Notes: generated by a model from the sequence alone, not told the origin. A stretch of DNA of 63,242 nt, filler included, from 22 parts of 22 records of this genome joined end to end with filler, not necessarily neighbours in it; one strand, 5' to 3'. Positions 36,170 through 50,007 are shown, counted from the first letter of the whole stretch. Made by a program: numbers and translations.

Positions 36170-38975
36170 ATTGTTTTGCCAGAAAATTGAACAAGTGCGA
36201 CAAAATTCGTTGGCACGTTACTTCATTTGAGTGTGCGTTTTCACTACTTTCTGAGCATGCGCCCAATGTCAGCTGGCTACACAGAGAATCTTTCTTAAGT
36301 AATGAAACTATTGTTGCTGCAAACAAGGATCGTTGGCAATTTGCTTTCAGGAAAACGTTTAGGAAATTTTCGTTGTTGCGCATGAAACGCCAGTAAATGT
36401 AACCAAACATGGCTATTGTCAAAGTGTATTCTGAGGGATGAGTTAATCCACCTCTGCTTGCAAAACTTATAAAATCATTTGACTGTGCGTCTACCGGTGT
36501 ATCAGAAAATTCAAATGCTGTGGTGACTTTCAGTTGCGCATTGCATGTGCTACATTTTCTCTCTTTTGTAATGGATCTTGCAATATGGCCTGAAATGAAT
36601 TTCAGTGCCTCCACCTCTTCTATATCTTCAAGGGTACAGTCAACTTGATCCAAGTTCAGCGATTCGAACATAGCGCCCAATTCACTACATTTACTGGCAT
36701 CTTCCAGTTTCGATTCCTCTTGGGCCTGTGCCATATGAACTTTAAGCTCAGGCACCGAAAATCCAGTGTGCTTGAGGAGCGACAACACACGCAGCTTTTT
36801 CTCAGACTGAAACAGCTGCTGAACACTGATTAGATAATTTCCACCTGATAACTGGCGATACCATGAGAACCTCTTTTCAATTGGATCACTTTGCATTTTG
36901 CCTAGTAGAACATAATTAAATCCTTTCTGTGCAATCAAATATTTGGCAAAATCCACAAGCGCAGCACAAGTGTGGCCAACTGCCATGAAAGTTTCTTTTG
37001 ATAACCCATTGCGTGGGTAGTTGCTTTCCCATTGCTTGAGCCAAGCCACGAACTCTTGCAAGAATTGCAGCTTTGGGTCGTCCAAAGATCGAACTGGCTC
37101 CATATTTAGCGAGCGTTTGTGAATGCCTTTCAGGGGTGATTTAACATTCATGATCTCCCATGATTTAAGTACAATGTCTACAAACTGTGCCGTGTCTCTC
37201 CATTGTAGGCCTATCTCATTACATTGTCCATAATATAGCAAAGCATTTCTAGTGCTTTCACAAAACACTGACATGGCCAACTTTACGTTTGTCCGCTCAA
37301 TATTTGACGGCTCAAAAGCAGATTTGCATAACTTAGGCGCAAGTTTAGCATCTTTCATAGACTCCAACTTATAGAGATCTTCTATATAATGGAAGTTTGG
37401 CTGCATTTCTGTATTTGATGAAGTCGAAGGCCCAGGCCATACCGGGCAAGTGAAGATCTTCTTTTTCTGAAAATTGTTGTAAATGTTCTTGATATTATGG
37501 ACACTGTCAAATAAAATAAATAGTGGCTTGCTTGGATTTACAGGATTCGGTATTGAAGTGGACAATTCGCCTCCACACATATCTTTCAAGCAAGCTCTGT
37601 TCACGGGATGATTATCCAGAGACAAACCCACGCATTCCACGTTAATTTCTGAACATTCTAGCAATTCTAAAACTCTCATAATCAGAACTTTCAAATCATG
37701 CTTTGTTAAGGAAACTGTGGGATAGAGAGCAACAGTGTCTCTGTATTGTCCAGCTACAGACTGTATAAAAAATGAAAGCACAGTTTTAGCAGGCTGCATA
37801 TCCTTATCGTCAACAATCCCATACACTTTGCCTCCAGAAAATCCAAGTTTCCTGGCCACGTATATCTCGTCAATTAACAGCAAAACGTTTCTTTCATACT
37901 CATTTAATCCATTAGTCCTGGTCTGCAAGTATTCCTTAAGAGACGAGTGAATACCCGATGACACAGACAAATCCGATGAGTAGTTTTTTAGCAACCTGAC
38001 TGACGGCAAAATCAGTAACTTTCTAATTTCTTCATAGGCATTTGGAGCCAGCATTTGCCAAATAAAGGCGGTTGTCAATAGTTCGTGAGAATACTGACGG
38101 GCATATTTGTTCTTAGATAGTAACTGCAACTGTTCACACACAAACCGAATCAAACTGTAATTATAATCCGATTCTTCACCACTTTTGGCAGATTCATTTC
38201 GTGAAAGCGAATCAAGACAAGAAATAGCTTCTTGCAAATAATTTCTTGGAGGCAAGCTTGATTGAGACAAGTTTTTTACTCTGGCTAAAATGTTTTCCAG
38301 CTGTGTTTCTGCTTTAACAGCCAAGCCCAAATCAGACAGTTCATTTGGCACAGGTATTCCATGAACAGATGCACTGATATCCAAAGTGTCACTTACACAC
38401 ACACTACATGTCACCACTTTAAGGTCATCTGACAATGCGAAGAAAATAACTCTATCACTTTCTTCCCTGTAACAGTAATAGTTTAATAAGTTAAGCTTGG
38501 AAACTTTCGCTTTCAAATCCGCCAGTGTACGTATACTGTCACATTCGAAATATTCGTGTTCTCTATCCTCAATAACTTTCTGTCCCTTTGCTTGACGTGC
38601 TCCAGAAGTTGCTGTGGAAGCTGTACGTTTTGACGTTGTTTTGGATGTGTCCGATAAATATTTTGGCAGTGTAGGAAACTGGGAAGGTACAGCATTTGCA
38701 TGTAATCGGCGTTTTTGTAACTGTTTGTTTTCTTCCCTTTCTCTCTTATTGATCGAATCGTAACGAAAATCATTTGCCACAAAATGCGAACTACATACTC
38801 TGTGATTTTTACTTGGAGTCCAGTTGTCACGTGGTATTTTTCGTAGCCATTCTCTGTGTAGATCAGGATTTTTTTCCGCGTCTGGCAAACGATGTAAAGT
38901 TATAAGAGCATCTTGTTGCTTTAGTTCACTAGCATAGTTAGTTTTACATCCAGTTATACAGCACTTGTAAGGCAT
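36170..38975 (-). mobile_element. P-element/THAP9-like transposase with N-terminal THAP domain (3'-truncated)
   Basis: THAP CCITGC..W..RVCSSHF..AVP; LLIDEI (D), SLDNH (D), FDSVHNIKNIYNN, MQSDPIEKRFS (E). Confidence 0.93.
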
Positions 38976-39160
38976 GTTGCATGGGAAGTGTTCAAACTCA
39001 AAGTTTACAATCGAATTTGATAAGGCATTTCAAACTTGTGGAAAGAGTACCAGTAAACAANNNNNNNNNNNNNNNNNNNNNNNNNNNNNNNNNNNNNNNN
39101 NNNNTTAATTAATTAANNNNNNNNNNNNNNNNNNNNNNNNNNNNNNNNNNNNNNNNNNNN

Positions 39161-41364
39161 GTATGGAGCGACTCTTCATTCAGCTGCTTACCATTCGATT
39201 GAAGAATAGCTGACAAGACGCTGCGGACAGTCCGAATTTGTCGCTCCCAAACGCCGCCCATGTGACTAGCAGAAGGAACATTGAATTTGAATTCAATCCA
39301 GTCACAGTTGCTTTTTTGGAGTTCAACCTTGACTTTGTCTTGATCCATTTCTTGTAGTGCAGAATGTAGCTCGGAATTTGCACCTACAAAGTTCGTTCCA
39401 CGGTCACATCGTATTTGACGAACTGGCCCTCGTCTGGAAATGAACCTACGTAAAGCACAAATAAACGAGTCTGTGCTGAGAGTGTGCGCAACTTCCAAAT
39501 GGATGGCTCGCAGTACCATACATGTGAATAGAACTCCATATCGTTTAAGTTCTTTGCGCCTTTCCTTTACGTAGAAGGGTCCGAAGAAGTCAACTCCACA
39601 ATATGTGAAAGGTGGTGCAGGATGAAGACGATCTTCAGGGAGACTCGCCATTTTCTGGTACTGAAGAGATGCTCGCAGTTTCTTGCACATTGTACAGCAT
39701 TTGACGTAATACGATACAGCACTGCTGATCCCAAGTATCCAGAATCCGTTGGCACGAATCTCATTCGTAGTAAAGCACTGACCTTGATGTTTGACTTTTT
39801 CATGGAAATGTTTGATGATCAACTCGGTGACGTGTCCTTTGCGTGGAAGTACGACAGGATGTTTGATATCGTCATTGATGTTTGCAGACTGTAATCTGCC
39901 CCCAACTCGTATAACAGCATGTGTGTCGACAAAGGGATCTAGGCGAGAAAGTGGACTTGATGATTTAACTCCTACCTCAGGATTATTGACACCATTTGGT
40001 CCATCAACTTGTTTAGTAGACAGCAACCGTGATAGCTCATCAGGAAATGCACTTTCCTGTACAGCCTTAATGATGTACGTCTCAGCTTCCTGGATGTCTT
40101 GTACAGTCAATGACTGAGTAGGTGTAGGTTCAACTTGATTCCTCGAACGTACTTTGTGCAACAGAATGCTTCTGTATCGTAGAATATGTGCAACAGCTCG
40201 TCTAGCCCTATGCCAATCAGAGAAGTATTCCAAGCGACATAGCAGGCTGTTTGCCCCATCAAGGGTTGGATTTACTACTGTGGAAAATGCAAACGCTTGT
40301 CTTACATTCTCATCACTCTCTAGTGGATAGCTGGAGGGGACTTCGACTCCGAAATCAGACCAGTTCTCGTTTCTACTGAGGAGAAACTGTGGCCCACGTA
40401 TCCATGATGACTTCTCAGCTATATCCATGGCTTTGATACCGCGAGACGCAGCATCTGCTGGGTTCGACTTCGTGCCTATATAATTCCACTGATCTGGTTT
40501 TGTCAAATCACGGATGTGTTGGACACGATTGGCAACAAACGTATGAAACTTTCGTGCTTCATTGTTGATATAGCCTAAGACAACTTTACTGTCGGTCCAA
40601 AAGTACTCTGTAACGTCTGGATAGTCTAGTTCATGGCGAACTATTTTGCTTACTTTGACGGAAGTTACTGCGGCGGTGAGTTCCAGTCTTGGGATTGTGG
40701 TGACTTTCAGAGGAGCAACACGTGATTTTCCCATCACGAACGAACAGCGAATCTTGTGTTCTGGGTTGAATAAACGTAGGTAAGAACACTGACCGTATCC
40801 CTCGCAACTTGCATCGGAGAAATGGTGCAGCTCAACTTTGTTAACGATCCCGAAGTCTTCTGATGTAAAGCATCGATCAACTTTGAAGTCTTCAAGATGG
40901 ATGAGATCTTGACGCCACTTTATCCATCTATCTTTGAGGTTCTCCGGAATGTCATCGTCCCAGTCTATTGTGCCGTCTTTGCACAATAGTTGAAGAATAC
41001 GTTTACCTTCTAGCAGAACTGGAGCTATAAAGCCAAGTGGATCGAATATCGAAGTGACTGTTGCTAGAATTCCGCGTCTTGTAAGAGGCCTGTCGCACAT
41101 AGTGATGCGAAACTTAAATGTGTCGGACTCGATGCACCATTGTACTCCTAGTGCACGTTCCATAGGGAGAATGTCTACCGAAAGGTCTAAATCTTTGATT
41201 TCCTTTGCACGGTCTTCTTTAGGTACTGACTCAATAACTTCTCGTCTGTTCGAAATGATCTTGTGCAGCCGAAATCCACCTTTCAGACACATCTGTTGAC
41301 TATTCTTTATGAGCGATATGGCTTCTTTGCTTGAAGGTAGGGACTTGAGGCCATCATCGACGTA
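39161..41364 (-). mobile_element. BEL/Pao pol (end of RT, Pao RNase H/peptidase A17-like region, integrase), partial
   Basis: YVDDGL at the contig edge; FDPLGF, HHFSDAS, IPRLEL, WTDS, NPADAASRG, RVGGRL, GVDFFGP, CDRGTNF, GGVWER. Confidence 0.95.
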
Positions 41365-42308
41365 ANNNNNNNNNNNNNNNNNNNNNNNNNNNNNNNNNNN
41401 NNNNNNNNNTTAATTAATTAANNNNNNNNNNNNNNNNNNNNNNNNNNNNNNNNNNNNNNNNNNNNCCCCCCCCCCATTTACTTTTGGAGCTATCCAACGC
41501 TCCAATTTCGGAATGGATGCAAATTTTATAAGGTACCGGTACCGTTCGCCTACTGGATAAACATACGCTACAGTATAATAGTTGGATGAAGTCTAATATG
41601 GTGACTAATTTAATGTAATGTGAAAGATAAATTATAACCTCCCCGGTTTCCTATAATTTTAATTAAATCGTGCGAACCAAAAAAAGTAATATTATACATT
41701 TAAGTATATATATGATGACATTATCATAATTGTAATCAGAAGCTTTTAGGCATGAAGATGAATATAGACACGCAACGGTGGAAAATTAGGCATACAGTTA
41801 CGAGTAATAATTATGTGAGCGACTAAAACGGCGAAAGGCGTTTTGGGTCAGAACACCGAATCCTCCTTCCCCATTCTTGTTTGTCCTGTGATTCTTCTGT
41901 CAACTGTTTCTCTTCCACTTGAAGAGCGATTATATACCCGTCCATCTTAATCGTGCATGTTTTTATCTTTGTCTATTTCCAGTAACCAATGTAGATCATG
42001 TCCAAAAAAGGCTTCTTCTTGTTTGACCACCGGTACTGTTCGGCAAGGTTATAATGGTGCCATACTATATGCAAGCCTATACCTAATTTGACACACAACC
42101 CTTTAAATGTTCAACATCCTCTATAGAAACCAAATCTTTGAACCCTTGAATCAGTTTCAGTTATGTAAACAAATACATATGACACCGTAGTTCTCCAGTA
42201 TGGGCCCTTTCATTAGATCAATTTGTCTGGTGCCAGTAATTATCAAAATGATCTTTCGTTAAAATAGCAGCTTGTAATCAGTAATATTGTTTTCTTTCTT
42301 TCCTTTAG

Positions 42309-43164
42309 GTGCCATGCGGTGCTGTGCAAAAAAGCCGAGAAGGCCCAGGCGATGGCCACACTCCTTCAGGAGAAGCTCATTTCAGCCCTACAAGAATTCA
42401 AGCGAGACAAACGGAAGAAGCAGAACGCCCGCCTCACGCTCAGCCAATCACCGCTCAGCTACGTTGGCAGTATACCTCGCCGTAAGCAATTACTGGGCGC
42501 CGGGCAACAGTTCAGACCCCCAGCAGAGAAGAGCAGGAGCGCTCCGAGACTCAACTCCATCTCCGAGGACTGCTCCGAGGATCCGGACATAGCCGGTGCG
42601 GAGTACAACGTAACATATAGACATTCCATATGCTCCACCGTCGGAGATTTAACGAATGCCCACAGCAGGTTGTTTATGAACAGGCCAAGTTTGCCTTCCC
42701 TCGAAAAGCTCAAATTGAACATTTTAGAGGAAGCGGATGAAGAAAGCGACAAAAATGGCGAAGAACATTCTGGTAACGCAACACCGCCAAATGTCGAAGA
42801 TAACCCCAGCGCGAACTTTGTGTTTGACGAAAGCGCGTCGCAGAGTCCTCCCGATTCGCCCACCCTTTGCGACGTGCAAATCCCAAAAGCGACGGTTGCC
42901 GACATCAAAGAAGAAGAGTCCGACAACATTTCCGACGAGTCGGGATATTCCGACGACATGGTGCTACGGAATGGCGACAGCGACAGTAGTTTTTCAGAAA
43001 ACACGCCGCCACTTTCGGTTCGATCGTTTTACGACAGTAGTCCGCAGCTCAGTGACAAAACCGTGTCCAGTTGTGGCTCCTCCGGCATTATAGAGACAGC
43101 AGCGTCCAATACAGTAGAAGCTAAAGACTCGGTAGCCACGCCTACAGTTGTGACGTCGTCATGA
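42309..43164 (+). CDS. FAM43: FAM43A/B-like PTB(PID)-domain protein, terminal exon
   Basis: Polypyrimidine acceptor tttctttcctttag ending 42308. CHAVLCKKAEKAQAMA..ALQEFKR and RPPAEKSRSAPRLNSISED match motifs I recognise from FAM43A. AATAAA at 43350-43355. Confidence 0.8.
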
Positions 43165-43731
43165 CGTCATGATGTATAGACTGGTTTATCCAGTGATGGC
43201 TACTGGTGCAGTAACTACGTCAAATGACGTTGTTCTGTTTAAATCCAATCAGGTTCAAGTGTTAGCTACGCCTGCTATTGTGACGTCATCATCGTGGAGT
43301 TATGTCGTCACAGTGACGTCACACGTTATCAAAGAACTTTACCCATGACAATAAAAGTTTAGTATGCTGTTGATGTACTTAAGCATGAAATGTTGACATT
43401 TTATATGCCAGTTTACCTGTATATACAGTGGCTAATTTATCAAATGAGAATTTGTATAAAAGTATATCAATTTTAATTATACATTCTGCATTTGGCTGCT
43501 ATTTATATCTCATATAGGCCTATAATTGATGACTCGTATAAGGCTACCGGCTAGGTAGGTAAGTAGCTGAATGTGTCCATTTTCACTCAGCTAAACTGGG
43601 GCAGTATGTGAGAAATGCGATATAGACATAAGGATTTCCAATGGGCTCAAATGGGAAACAACTTAAATTTGAAGGCACATACAGTACATAGCTCAAAAAC
43701 AGTGCATGGGAGTTAAAGAAAATTTTCTTTT

Positions 43732-43817
43732 AACACTACAGTGCAATTACACCAAGCAACATTTTAATAAATAGAACACTACAGTTCAATTACACCAAGC
43801 AGCATTTTAATAAATAG
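43732..43817. repeat. 43-bp tandem duplication (2 copies, 2 mismatches)
   Basis: aacactacagt(g/t)caattacaccaagca(a/g)cattttaataaatag twice. Confidence 0.9.
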
Positions 43818-44314
43818 CCTACTTGGAATTGTTTCCGTCAAGATTTAAGGGGGTTGNNNNNNNNNNNNNNNNNNNNNNNNNNNNNNNNNNNNNNNNNNNN
43901 TTAATTAATTAANNNNNNNNNNNNNNNNNNNNNNNNNNNNNNNNNNNNNNNNNNNNGTATCAAAGTTGTGGAAAAAACCGGCAAAACAAAATGGCCGCCA
44001 ACTAAAATCGAAAATAGGCGGAAAATTTTGATTTTGAGATAATTCTCGGGTGATAAGGAGTACTACAAGGAGTATTGAGACTACCGGCCACTATCCGGAA
44101 ACACTCGACTAAAACCGGAAGTGATCTGATTTTTTCGTGATTTTAGGCTGAAATTTGGCACAGAGATTGTAAGACACTAATAAGCAACTATAGTCCCATT
44201 CTTGAAGTAGCGTCGGCAAAAACAAAATAGCCGCCGACTAAAATTGTTCTGGGTAAAAATAAATAGTGTTGGTTGCAATTATAAGAATATTATTGGAAAT
44301 TAGGCTTGTACCTG

Positions 44315-44614
44315 ATGCATTTCGATCAATCTTTGGCTAAAAACTGGTTTGACTTGCAAGCTATTGTACTTAGGTCTACCATAATTGGAGTACAACAACG
44401 AACTGTAACAGGTGAACTAAATGATGAAGACGTGCTACAACTAAACGGCTTTATCAATTTTGCACGTGAACGCCTGGGTCACATTGCAACTTATATAAAC
44501 CAGGTGTCACCTACCGAAAGGGACGAAGTCATTGATGAATTACGCGATCAAATTCAACTGTTAGATGAGACAGTAAACGGCCATGAACTATTGGTAACCG
44601 ATCACGAAACTTAG
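44315..44614 (+). CDS. Small helical ORF (~99 aa) upstream of the gag-like ORF; function unknown
   Basis: ATG-initiated ORF with amphipathic-helix-like composition; no recognised motif. Confidence 0.3.
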   Translation: MHFDQSLAKNWFDLQAIVLRSTIIGVQQRTVTGELNDEDVLQLNGFINFARERLGHIATYINQVSPTERDEVIDELRDQIQLLDETVNGHELLVTDHET

Positions 44615-44707
44615 TTAGGTACTTGATTGTTAGTAAACAAAGGGGAGAAGATCCCATAAACTTCCATAGTTATTAATATTGGTGCAACCAATCACGCACA
44701 CTGCATA

Positions 44708-46031
44708 ATGACGCAGCCTGGAATACAACTCGATATGAAGCATTTTAGCACTGGTACGTCGGAACAGTGGGCAGCATGGACCGAACAATTTGAACTGGCA
44801 GCCAAGGTATCAAAATACACCGAAAACCCGAGGAACTAATGCCATTCTATTTGGATGGCACAGCTTTTGAGGCTTTTAAAAGTTTATCGGATGACGATAA
44901 AAGGAAATTGGATGACATCAAAGCTGCAGTGGAAAGGCTATGCACCACTGGCGAAACCGAGTTCATGATGGCACAACGGTTTCGATCTATCAGTAGAGGG
45001 CCTGAGGAATCCATCGCACAATGGGAAATGCGGGTCGCTAAAATGGTAAAAAAGGTGTTGACAGCGGGTCTCGAAGAAGCAGAAAAGCAAAAGACGCTAG
45101 TCCATACATTTACTGCCGGGATCCAAGATGTCAACCTACAAAAGTTATTGTTGAAGGAAGCTCCCACTACCATGAGGGCCGCCGCTGACCTAGTTATTAG
45201 AGAACATAACATTTGTAAATTCACGACTCGAACCTCAACGCTCATTAATACCCAAAATGAACCCCGGACTAGGCCGTTGCAAGCCGTCCGCCAGGACATA
45301 ATGCGACCAGTCGATATGACTGCAATGGACAAAGCTACCATGGACCAAATGGCTACTTTGTTAGCCAATAAAATGGCAGAGCCTGACCGAGTTCAGACAT
45401 GGCCACCGAGATGGCCTACGAGAGATAATCGAGATCGGCCAAGGCCCAATGAGCCAAGTAGGCCAACGCCTAACAGTGACCAACACGACAAACAGGACCG
45501 CTATTGCACATTCTGTAAGCGCTCCACTCACTGGACACGTGACTGTTGGACGCATCCGGGGGCCACTGCCAGACCACCACAAGGAAGGAGGGATGCCAGA
45601 CCGACGTCCCGGGACCGTGGGGATCACCCCAGGTCGACATCCCCGGAGGGTAAGGCACCACGCCGCAGATTACTATGTCAACGCTGCAGATGCGCGCGAC
45701 ACGAAGCTAAGGATTGCTTGGCAGACTGGGACAGCCTAAATAGGTGCAAATGGTGCCGGCACTCCAACTCTGAATGTATTTGCAAAAATCGCAAAGACGA
45801 CATGCCGACACAGGAAAAGTCCAAGTCGGAAAAAGTCGACCCGCAGGATTCACGGGCAGAAAACCTGCGGGAATAAAACAACCAGCCCACTCCACAACCA
45901 CTCAACCTCCCGACAAAAACAACAATTATCATACACCAAAGCCAATGTGAGAGGATGAAGTAGTCCCATATGTGGTAGGGGAGTTCCCAGTCATGAAGTT
46001 ACCCATTTTAATAGACAGTGGGTGTGAGCTG
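44708..46031 (+). pseudogene. Degenerate Ty3/gypsy-like gag (frameshift near 44830) with two CCHC knuckles, followed by the start of the aspartic protease
   Basis: MTQPG..F..W.EQFELAA (44708) continues in another frame as MPFYLDG.A; CTFCKRSTHWTRDC and CQRCRCARHEAKDC; PILIDSGCEL at the contig end, in the -1 frame with an upstream TGA. Confidence 0.75.
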
Positions 46032-46131
46032 NNNNNNNNNNNNNNNNNNNNNNNNNNNNNNNNNNNNNNNNNNNNTTAATTAATTAANNNNNNNNNNNNN
46101 NNNNNNNNNNNNNNNNNNNNNNNNNNNNNNN

Positions 46132-46352
46132 TTAAAGCGGCCAAACAGCTGGCAACACAGAGGGCAAAGATCTTCATTAAACCCGATCAAACTTTGAGCG
46201 AACGTAAAGAATCAAGTCGCCTGTCGAAAAAGATGAAGGAACTACGCATTCAACACCAAAATGACGGTGTCCGTGTCTACATCAAAGGACAAAAACTGTT
46301 TGTGAACGACAATGTTGTCGATCAAGCCAAAACTGATAACCAGGTTTTTTAG
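46132..46352 (+). mobile_element. LINE ORF1 C-terminus
   Basis: Manual translation ..KIFIKPDQTLSER..IKGQKLFVNDNVVDQAKTDNQVF*, a typical ORF1 CTD, immediately before APE-RT. Confidence 0.8.
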
Positions 46353-46387
46353 ACACTCAGCTGAATTGCAAAACTGTAGATATTAAA

Positions 46388-48477
46388 ATGATGTTCTGGA
46401 ACATTAATGGACGCATGCATATATTTGACTCCAAACATAACATTTCTGTTTATCAGCAATGGATTGAGGAAAACAATTATGATATAGTATGTTTTAGTGA
46501 AACCCACATGTATAAGAAACAGTCGTTTGTCATACCGGGGTTTATTGAATATAGCCATGCTTACTCTGAGCATACAACACAACATCCACGTGGTGGAGTC
46601 TCTGTGTATGTTAGCCATAGGGTTTATGACAATTTGGTGTCCGTGGAGTTCCCTTGTGATGACTGTATATTGTGTTGCTTCCAGTTCGACAAACGCATAT
46701 ACATTGGCTCAATGTATGTTCCACCACGGGATTCCGTATATTTCGATGAAGGCATTTTCACAAAAATGGCTAATATCATGCAGGAATACAAACAATATCC
46801 GTTCATCCTAGGCGGCGACTTGAACTCACGAGTGGGCAACAACCCTGCTTCATCTCGATTGCCTGTTGGGATTACGTACACACCCAATCCTGACAACGTC
46901 GTTAATAGACATGGGGAAGAGCTCGTTCGAGTTTGCTCTGCAAACAAATGTTATATCTTAAATCACATGTGCTACAACGCTAAATCCTTTATAGGGGATT
47001 TTACATATCACCGTGGCAATCTTAAGTCACAAGTCGATGTTGTCTTTGCTAATAAATCGGCGCTGGAACTCGTCACTAATCACTGTGTACTACCCGTGGG
47101 ATGGAATCCGTCCGATCATCTACCGTTAGAAACTCAAATTAAGGTTGTCCAGCGTGATCCATTAAAGTGTGCTTATCACTCGATTCTTGATGTGAACACT
47201 GAGTACTATTTGAATAAACGAAGGCCAGCAAAAATAAGAAATGCTAATGTCAACTGGACTGTATATAACACGTTAATTGACGGGAAATGTGCACAGTTAA
47301 GAAATAAGCTACAAATTCTAACTGAACCATATCTCATGAGTGACATTGACAATATTGTTACCGATTTGTCGACATCTCTCTACCAGGCTGCCCGTAGTAG
47401 CGAGAAACGAAACAGCAATAGGCAGACGTGTGTTGTTGAAAATACAGAAAATTTACGAAATATGCAACGTTCAGTGCGAGATTTATGGACTGATGCTGAT
47501 CAGAAATTTTCAGCTTTTATGATCGAAAGCAGTGATGAAAATAGACTCTTATGGGAAGAAAGTCGCCGTGCAGCGCTAGTTGAAACGGATAAGTTACATG
47601 AAACCTCAGTGTCAGATAAATGGCAGCAAATAATTAACGCGGATGATCATAAAAACTTATGGCAGTCAATAAATTGGAAAGGAGCGATCTCTTGCAATGT
47701 GACTGATAACAAAAATGAATCGCCACCTGCTCACGTTATGGCTGCTCATTTTCAACAGAAATGTTCTTTAGAGTCTGATGAAACACTGGATGATATAATG
47801 GATGGTTATAACATGAACGTGCCTGTTTTGGACGACCCTATACAAGCCGAGGAAATACGGCAGGCCACTGAGAAACTGAAAGATGGGAAGGCATCGCAGG
47901 ATGGTTGGTCATCAGGAATGATAAAGTTCGGTTTGCATTCGATATTGCCTGTGCTATTGATGCTGTTGAATATTATATTTATAACAGCTCAGTATCCGCG
48001 GAGCTGGTGTATCTCATTCATAAAGGCACTTTATAAGAAGGGAGACCACAATGAACCGAGGAATTATCGAGGGATATCACTTGTCCCACTCCTAGCGAAG
48101 TTGTATGATTTTATTCTGACAACACGTTTTATGCTGTGGTTTTGCCCTGCTGAAGAACAGTCGGCTTTTCAGGCAAAACGTAGCTGTGCGGAACATGTTC
48201 TGTTACTAAGAATCCTGATGCAGTTAGCGAGAAAACAAAAACAAACGCTTTTCCTCATCTACCTTGATTTCGAAGGTGCTTTTGACAGGGTATCACGTCG
48301 CATAATGTTTAATAAGCTAAAGCTTATGGGAATAGGAGCTGTTTTTCTCAGTGCTCTACTGTCTCTGTATATGCTAACAGAAAATATTGTGTATGTAAAC
48401 AGTGATTCATCAGGCACATTCTGTACATTAGCTGGTATACGACAGGGTGCGCCAAGTTCACCACTTCTATTTCTGGC
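46388..48477 (+). mobile_element. LINE ORF2 (APE + RT), 3'-truncated; -1 frame relative to ORF1
   Basis: FWNING, FSETH, GDLNSR, VD, SDH; NYRGISL, QSAF, LDFEGAFD, GIRQGAPSSP. Confidence 0.95.
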
Positions 48478-48577
48478 NNNNNNNNNNNNNNNNNNNNNNN
48501 NNNNNNNNNNNNNNNNNNNNNTTAATTAATTAANNNNNNNNNNNNNNNNNNNNNNNNNNNNNNNNNNNNNNNNNNNN

Positions 48578-50007
48578 CTAACTGTACATGCAGTTTCCTC
48601 CATCAGCTCCGAAGATACGTTTGACTGTGGCTGGGTCATGATCACTGCCAATGAATGGGTGGTGTTTTTGCCATTGACTGATGAACCCTCTAGATCAAAA
48701 TTGTCCATCATGAACTGGATTAATCCATCATGGGCATCTGACACACCATGAAGTGAGGCAGTGTAGGAAGCAGCCACAGCTACGGATTTCCTAAATCTTC
48801 TAAACTCTTCATATGTAGAAGTAACTCCAAATGAATGAAAACAATTCAAAAGTTCTTTTGATTCAAGTATCATAACGCTGAGGGCTAGCTGGAGGGGTGT
48901 TGTACAGTTCATCAATAAGGATGTAACAATGTTACCTATCATCAATGCTGGTAGTGTACTGTTTAGCTTGGGGGTGAGCCGACATAGAAGGTCTAACAAG
49001 GTAGAGCTGATTGCTTCAGTCGCCGTTTCCTGACTCAACCTGGGTTTATAACAACCTTTTTCTATTTCAATCTGATTAACCTCTTTCCGGATTGCTTTAG
49101 CAACTGTCTGTACAGAAATGCTAATATCATCACCACTGTCATCATTTACAATTCTCAGTGTAGAAGATGCTTTGTCCCTGAAAACAATTAGACTAGCTAC
49201 CCCTGGGGATGACAACACAATTACATCATTACCAAAATATTCAATGACCTTGCTTACAACAGATTTTTTACATAAGTCATTTCCACCTCTTGCTATATAC
49301 CTACTGTACACATCATTAGTGTTCCAAATTAAGGAACGACCTTCACTCATTAGAGAAGTCACAGTTTTTACTACAGAGTCACCTTCATTTGATGAACTGC
49401 CACTTGCTGCACTTATGGATTTAGATGAGGAAAAAGTTGCTCGACAATTTGCATGGTAACGCGCATCTGCAGCATGAAGATCTGCAGTTGCACCACTCAC
49501 ACGTATTCTAACAAGATTTGCCTGTTCATCATTTCTTAGGTCACAGATATCTAACACAGATTGTTTAATTGTCTTTGTTGATCCTCTCTTCTCAATCTCC
49601 CTGAACTGATATGCTGGGATCCATCGTTCTGGATGCTTTGGATCCTTATTAACATTGCATTCCATTCCACAATAAAGACAGTTTTCTCGGAAATTAAATT
49701 TTGGACCACCTGATTGTCTTAGTCTTTTCTTTGGGTTAGGATTTTCATCTGGTTTTGATCCCATACTTTTACTTGCAGCAGCCGCCATGGTCTTCTTAGA
49801 ACAGTATGTAGAAGCACATGCATGGCGTGCAAACACGAAAGGGTCGTCACTGCTGTCTAACAATGTCTGAAGTTCATTCTCTTTTCCATCTTTACAGACT
49901 CTGCTGGCTGCAAGCATACTTATGATTCTTTCACGACCACTTCTGCTCAAGGGGCCCTTCTTGCAAGCATTTCTGAAAGCCAGGAAACATTCGGATTCCT
50001 CTGCCAT
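48578..50007 (-). mobile_element. Academ transposon protein, N-terminal part (3'-truncated); likely start ATG at 50007 after a splice acceptor
   Basis: H..C..Y, CLYC, DLHAADARYHANCR, TPLQLAL, GVTSTYEE, MDNFD..G..TTHSLA, paralleling the other Academ proteins here. Acceptor tttatctgtttgcag just upstream. Confidence 0.72.
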
